37,175 nt of DNA from Bacteroidota bacterium (GTDB lineage: Bacteria; Bacteroidota; Bacteroidia; Bacteroidales; VadinHA17): the NCBI GenBank assembly GCA_003245695.1, contig QKCK01000063.1, forward strand, positions 1 through 37,175, written 5' to 3'. Positions 36,855 to 37,175 of this stretch are shown here, piece by piece. How positions within the stretch are numbered: position 1 is the stretch's first letter; the number at the start of each line of letters is the position of its first letter. Under the pieces are notes generated by a model. The model was given only the letters and a program-made list of their open reading frames with translations, did no database searches and was not told where the DNA came from. The translations under genes and the position numbers were made by a program.

Positions 36855-37094
36855 CAACCAAAATCCCCTCACTGAGCGCAGCGAAGGGGATTTTTTGTTT
36901 TCCGACCGAAGCCCGCTTGCGAGGCTGAGGGCGGAAAGCAAAAAACCCCATGGCTGCCACTGGCAGACAGTGAGGGGATTTTGGTTGAAGGGTTCCACGA
37001 GCCGGATCACGCCAGTAATCCGCCCAGGCTGCTTGCAGGGCTGAAGGCGGAAAGCAAAAAACCCCATGACTGCCACAGGCAGACAGTGAGGGGA
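36854..37094. repeat. REP/MITE-like mosaic of inverted and direct repeats
   Basis: Perfect 21-bp inverted repeat at 36854-36874 and 36968-36988; 64-bp direct repeat at 36915-36978 and 37031-37094 (59/64 identical). Confidence 0.8.
36859..36901 (+). terminator. Intrinsic terminator after tRNA-Cys
   Basis: AAAATCCCCT/AGGGGATTTT stem followed by a T-rich tail. Confidence 0.7.
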
Positions 37095-37175
37095 CTCCAA
37101 TTTAACTGACAGGCTTGTTATGTGGAGACAATAAAGATTAGTGCTGTTTTTTATAAAAGAATGGCAATTTTATAA

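Noticed and set aside
36635-37094. CRISPR array
   Set aside because: Units are tandem and similar along their whole length, with no unique spacers and no cas genes
36621-37100. ORFs 36621-37100, 36627-36875 and 36790-37044
   Set aside because: They span tRNA-Cys and GC-rich repeats and show no protein-like features

Overview
Chromosomal window from a Bacteroidota (Bacteroidales-like) genome, judged from the SusC/SusD pair, lipoprotein glycosidases and several TTTG-N19-21-TAnnTTTG promoters. Left to right: a GH43 gene cut by the window edge; a membrane protein/DUF4180/SanA trio; fba; a padR operon with two unusual membrane proteins; a GH20-like hydrolase; an SDR; an FLVCR-like MFS; a TetR-controlled five-gene operon (ALDH3-type aldehyde dehydrogenase, HemL-like class III aminotransferase, FGGY kinase, class II aldolase, POTRA-less Omp85-like barrel); a stand-alone E2 acyltransferase domain; an Asp-box protein; a sialic-acid PUL (GntR, NanM-like, NanA, SusC/D, two GH33, PKD-LamG, NanT-like); a CBS-HisKA protein with a degenerate ATPase domain; and tRNA-Cys flanked by repeats. 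Best candidates for undescribed systems: (1) the two padR-linked membrane proteins carry 3 and 2 GldL-like hairpins, each followed by one GldM-like helix and domain, so the pair would rebuild the GldL5:GldM2 motor stoichiometry in two chains while lacking the proton-coupling glutamate, which suggests a motor-derived envelope sensor; (2) the TetR operon has the chemical logic of a 2-amino-1,3,4-triol (phytosphingosine-like) catabolic pathway. All family calls come from motif recognition by eye; no database searches were run.
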